A stretch of DNA of 64,000 bases from Eledone cirrhosa (Eukaryota), in NCBI GenBank assembly GCA_964016885.1, contig OZ024743.1, positions 4,278,001 to 4,342,000 of the forward strand. The letters are read 5' to 3'. Positions 57,502 through 64,000 of the stretch are shown one piece after another (positions within the stretch are counted from its first letter, which is position 1; every line of letters begins with the position of its first letter). Both the position numbers and the translations under genes were made by a program. The notes beneath the pieces are model-generated. The model did no database searches. It saw only the letters and a list, made by a program, of their open reading frames with translations, and was not told the origin of the DNA.

Positions 57502-58414
57502 CAAAGACAACAAATAAGTGTGGTGGCGAAACGAACGAATCAGCTAACTAGCCTCTAATGGGAAAGACGCGTGGAACAAAAACAACATTGATACAGCGAC
57601 AACAGCGACCAAGTAGACGATGAGAAGACGAACAAGAACAAGAGAAACATCCCTAGCGGCAGAAATAACAGCTACAACTATGACAACAGTAAAAGATACA
57701 ACACTATAAAACACTATACCATAAGCCCAGAATAAAACAACAACAATAAATAATCCTCCGCAACTTTACTGTAATCAGGAGAGGGGGAAAATCGAATTAT
57801 TGAAGTTCCTATACAAACTAATACAATGGCATAACAACAGACGAGTATGAATTAAACGAATTCCTACTGAAAACAAAATCAGACACATTCCTAATATAAA
57901 CAAAATCAAAAGTCTATTGAGCAATCTGAAAACGTTCCTGGATGATAGATACGTTGTCCGTGTTAGGGTATGTGCTCTGTAAATTAAGGGGTGCACCCAT
58001 CTAACGGCATTCATATGTATAAATGTGGCTGACTTTAGAGAGACTTGCTCGCGTGAAGACTGCAGAGAATAGAGGTGAAGATGTGTTTGCCTGTGGTGCC
58101 GTCAGTGATTGGAGTGATCTCGGTTCTATGTTGTTTCTTAATTATCCCTGGGTGGTGCTAACCCTTACTTTTGTTACCTGTCTTCTTTCTATCTTTACAC
58201 GTCTCTATGTAAATCTATACTATCACTGTTTATTATTATTTTTTAAAGTTCCGATCAGAGTGACTAATAAAATAGATAAGTATTATTATACTTAATGATG
58301 TAATTATTGCTATTGCTGTTATTATTATTAATAATATTGTCATGTTGCCTCATCTCCAGTAACAACGGTAGTATATCCTTTCCATTCTTTCTTTCAACTT
58401 ATATTAAGTCTTGA

Positions 58415-58605
58415 GGGCGGTGAATTGATAGTATCGGTAGAGCGTCGAACACCATGCTTTGAAGCATAGAGTTACAGCCATTTACGGTCTCAGTTCAAAT
58501 CCCGCCGAGGTTAACTTTGCCTTTCATCCTTACGGGGTCGATAAAATAAAGCACCAGTAATGCACTGGGGTAATTACTGGCCTTGTGCTAAAAGTAGAAA
58601 CAATT
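58415..58605 (+). mobile_element. tRNA-derived SINE with ~12-bp TSD
   Basis: tattaagtcttg / tattaagccttg flanks. Confidence 0.88.
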
Positions 58606-59469
58606 ATTAAGCCTTGTGGATTACATGAAAACATTTGGGAATAATTATTCTACATCAGCCATCACAAGCCTAACAGCACAAAAAGGAGCAGCAGCAACAA
58701 CAACAAAAAGATCCATATAAACCTAAATTGTACTTCTATAGATAATCGTTAACATATAGCACTGATATTATCATCATCATAAAAAGACATAATAACTGTC
58801 TCGTTATCATTGGTAAAAGACCGAAAAAGCATTATCAGCGAAACATGTTAAGCGATACAAAAGGGGAAACATAATTCAAATATATATATCGTTAGGTATG
58901 AAATATATTTAGAATAAATGATATTTTGGCGAATTATATCATTTCAATACACAAACACGAATTTTATATCCCCCTCTTAGCCTTCTTTCCCACATTCTCT
59001 TTCATCGCACAGCTATCACTTCTCTTCATTCATCCCACTCTCTCTCTCTCTCTCTCCATTTCCCTATCTTCCTCCCATATGCACACATATTCATACACAC
59101 GCTTCTTTTTTACACACTTGACGTCACTTAACCCTTTCATTACCATAATTGTAACGAAGGACATTGTTATTTTGAAATAGTTATTAGAATAATAATTCTT
59201 GGTGGATTTTTGTACAATAAAATCTTTTTATTAAGTTGATGTTTGGATCATAACAAAAGTTCATACATAAAATATTGATTGAAGGGTTTACATAAATATA
59301 AAGTATGAAAATAATCATCTCAATATTGTAGAACTACAGGCGGTTTCGGGTGGCTTGGTATCAATAGGGCAAACACAGATATATGACTTTTTTTTTTGGC
59401 ATCTTCAAAAATTTGTTTATACACAGACATGAACAAATATGTACACACACAATCACGCTCGCACACATA

Positions 59470-60409
59470 TCTATATATATAAAACTGAGGTTGTCTGTCT
59501 GTCTATCTGTATGTCTACTAAAAGGGTCGGCACACATCTCCTCCTAAACCATACGTTCAAATTTCGGTGAAATTGCTACACTTATAGATGAAGGTCCGGC
59601 GGGGACATCGGTCAAAAAAAAAATTTTCAAATCGACCCACGTCAAGTGCAAAAATCGAATTAGTAATGTATTGATTTTTCAGTTCAAATGTATAAATAGA
59701 GGTGAGAGACGAGTTATTTCCCTTTTATGGCGTCATTCTGCCTATCTATTTACGTTACGAATATAGGACGCGTGCAAAAGTACAAAAATACGGGAACAGT
59801 TTTCGGACCAGCAAAATTTTAACCTGCAAAATTCATGAGTTCGAAGTTTCAACATTAAGCTTCCATTTTGCTTCATTTCCATTAAAAAGTCTTTTAAAAC
59901 AATATTTTTACTTGAAAACAAGCCTATTTGAATACACCGTAAAACAAGAAAATATTTTGTAAAAAAAGCATTAATCTATATATATAATCTCGAATGAAGC
60001 CTTATGAGATTTTCATTTAGAAACAATGATTTTAAACGACAGACAGATAACGCATTTTTTTTTTTTTTTTTTGTTTTTCAAGTCCATCCAATTTCTTTGT
60101 TTTAAAATAACTGATAGTTTGGTTACGATGATGTTTTTCTCTGAGACAAGTGTTGCAGTATTTACATTTTCGATAATAGACTACCAGTGCAGTTTTGATC
60201 CCAGCATCCTCTTTTGTTTTAACATTCGGGTTATGGTTATGTTTTCTTAACTTCTTAAGGCATACTGCTGGTTGCGGGAATATAAATCAAAAGTACCACA
60301 TGAAAGTCTACACTGTAGACTCTACAGTTTTTAAGCCGAGAAAGGAGCTTAACATTGTAACTTTAACACAGCTACTGAGCAGCCCGAGCAACGCCGGGCT
60401 TTACTGCTA

Positions 60410-60410
<1 letters not shown>
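59470..60410 (+). mobile_element. Non-autonomous Helitron
   Basis: A|TC start, (CTGT)n near the 5' end, subterminal hairpin gcccg..cgggc, CTAG|T end, no TSD. Confidence 0.8.
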
Positions 60411-60476
<66 letters not shown>

Positions 60477-60652
60477 TTTTCACCCTCTCATTCACTCTCT
60501 GCCATCTAATTTCCGAGGAACGGTAGGTGTCCGAATCGGTAAAACTAATTTCCAGTTATAACGAACACCAAACTAATACACTATCATTCTTTTCCCTTCT
60601 TCTCGTGTCATTATCCCTTGTTAATTTTTCACATATATATATAAATATATAA

Positions 60653-60692
<40 letters not shown>

Positions 60693-60874
60693 GCATACAT
60701 ACATATATGTATGTATATATATATATATATATATATATGATGATGATGATGGCTGCCCCCTCGTTATCGAGTATGGCCATTGCACGATATATCATTATTC
60801 ATAATTAATTCTATCGTGCAAGTATCGAGTACTCTGGTGAGTAATGGTCTAAATGGTTTTTACCGCCTCTATTT

Positions 60875-60935
<61 letters not shown>

Positions 60936-61020
60936 AAAGTTCTATTTAAATTGTTGGGATACAACAAGCAAATATTTTTATAACTGATATAAAGCACTCA
61001 ACAAATAATTGGAGTAAAGT

Positions 61021-61460
<440 letters not shown>

Positions 61461-61502
61461 GAAAAGAATGAAACGAAATTTCATTTCTTAATCTTAGTAC
61501 GG

Positions 61503-61571
<69 letters not shown>

Positions 61572-62145
61572 CAATTTCTCTTTTTCTCTGATTCCATTAC
61601 ACTATTTTCTATGCATGAACTGAAATAAGCCCATATATGTACATTTATGTATCTCATTAACCAGTTCTTTTTCTTTAGAGCTATTGTACATGTAAAAGCT
61701 TATCAACTTATCCACATTATTACAACAATGTATACACGTATTTGGATTTCCATCTGCGCATGGCTCATCAATCTATCGATTTGATTTGTCAGCTCTCTAT
61801 ACAATAATCAGATTGTATATATAGTTACCCAGCTATTGTAGCGATCTCTCTCTATGTAATTAACAACCTACCATTTAACAGAATATCAGTGCATACACAA
61901 ACACATACGCATATATATATGTGTAAACATATATATATGCGTATGTATATATGTATATATATATATATGTATATATGTATATAAATATGTATATATGTAT
62001 ATAAATACGTATATATGTATATAAATATGTATATATATATGTATATATGTATATATGTATATAAATATGTATATATGTATATATATATGTATATATATAT
62101 GTATATATGTATATAAATATGTATATATGTATATATATATGTATA

Positions 62146-62234
<89 letters not shown>

Positions 62235-62399
62235 ATATGTATGTATATATGTATGTATATATGTATGTATATATGTATGTACATATGTATGTATATATGT
62301 ATGTATATATATATGTATGTATATATATATGTATGTATATATATATGTATGTATATATATATGTATGTATATATATATGTATGTATATATATATATATA

Positions 62400-62742
62400 T
62401 ATGTATGGAAATTACATTTATAAAACCATATTTATTTCATTATATATATTTCAGGGATATCATATTAAAAATATGGTATGCCCTCTTCAGATAAAATACA
62501 ATATATAGACAGCTTTATAAATAAATTTGACATACCTTAGAGTTCACAACTTCCATTTAAAAAGTTGTTACGTAACAACTTTTTAAATGGAAGTTGTGAA
62601 CTCTAAGGTATGTCAAATTTATTTATAAAGCTGTCTATATATTGTATTTTATCTGAAGAGGGCATACCATATTTTTAATATGATATCCCTGAAATATATA
62701 TAATGAAATAAATATGGTTTTATAAATGTAATTTCCATACAT

Positions 62743-62743
<1 letters not shown>
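62400..62743. mobile_element. Family E perfect palindrome, centre 62571/62572, hammerhead folds at 62438-62496 (-) and 62647-62705 (+)
   Basis: CTGAAGA-GGG..CATATT/AATATG..CCCT-GAAA-TATA-TA; arms appear identical. Confidence 0.8.
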
Positions 62744-63620
<877 letters not shown>

Positions 63621-63683
63621 AGGAAAAACTTGAACCGTTAAGATCTCGTCCCTGGATATATCAATATTTATAAAACAAACTTT

Positions 63684-63790
63684 TTATTTCATCTGATGAG
63701 AGCGCACCAAAGTTTTGGTACCCTTGAAATATAAATAATAGAATAAATATGGTTTTATAAATATAGTTTCCATTTATTAATATCATTGAT
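63684..63790 (+). mobile_element. Family E diverged copy with hammerhead fold
   Basis: CTGATGA-GAG.G.ACCAAA..TTTGGT.CCCTT-GAAA-TATA; shares aaatatggttttataaatatagtttccattt. Confidence 0.65.
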
Positions 63791-63854
63791 ATTATACTCC
63801 AGAAAACTGTCGAGTGCTTCGAATCAGTTATAAATGTATATATGTATACACATT

Positions 63855-63981
<127 letters not shown>

Positions 63982-64000
63982 CGTGTGTATGTGTGTGTGT

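Noticed and set aside
58023-58295. 90-aa ORF with a hydrophobic segment
   Set aside because: No recognisable family or splice support

Overview
AT-rich eukaryotic repeat-dominated DNA, probably a cephalopod/octopus-type genome (inferred from the long (TA)n tracts and a tRNA-derived SINE with a Meta-like domain). I recognise no host gene; most listed ORFs are microsatellite translations. Contents: (1) a 5'-truncated Penelope-like element (RT C-terminus plus GIY-YIG) at 10.08-13.37 kb with ~880-bp inverted arms; (2) at least six short repeat families sitting in (TA)n tracts, usually as fold-back or inverted pairs, each carrying a type I hammerhead ribozyme fold that I could pair by eye (about 20 motifs, many with a U3-A8 core, one family showing C3-G8/U3-A8 covariation); (3) a ~21-kb head-to-tail array (31.9-53.2 kb) of R4/Dong-like restriction-like-endonuclease retrotransposons separated by (AAT)n, with an antisense Tx1/L1-like element nested in it; (4) a CRE-like 3' fragment, several SINEs with TSDs, and a non-autonomous Helitron. 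The strongest candidate for an undescribed system is the set of (TA)n-associated, palindromic, hammerhead-bearing Penelope-type mini-elements. All folds and coordinates were read manually and none is experimentally or computationally confirmed.
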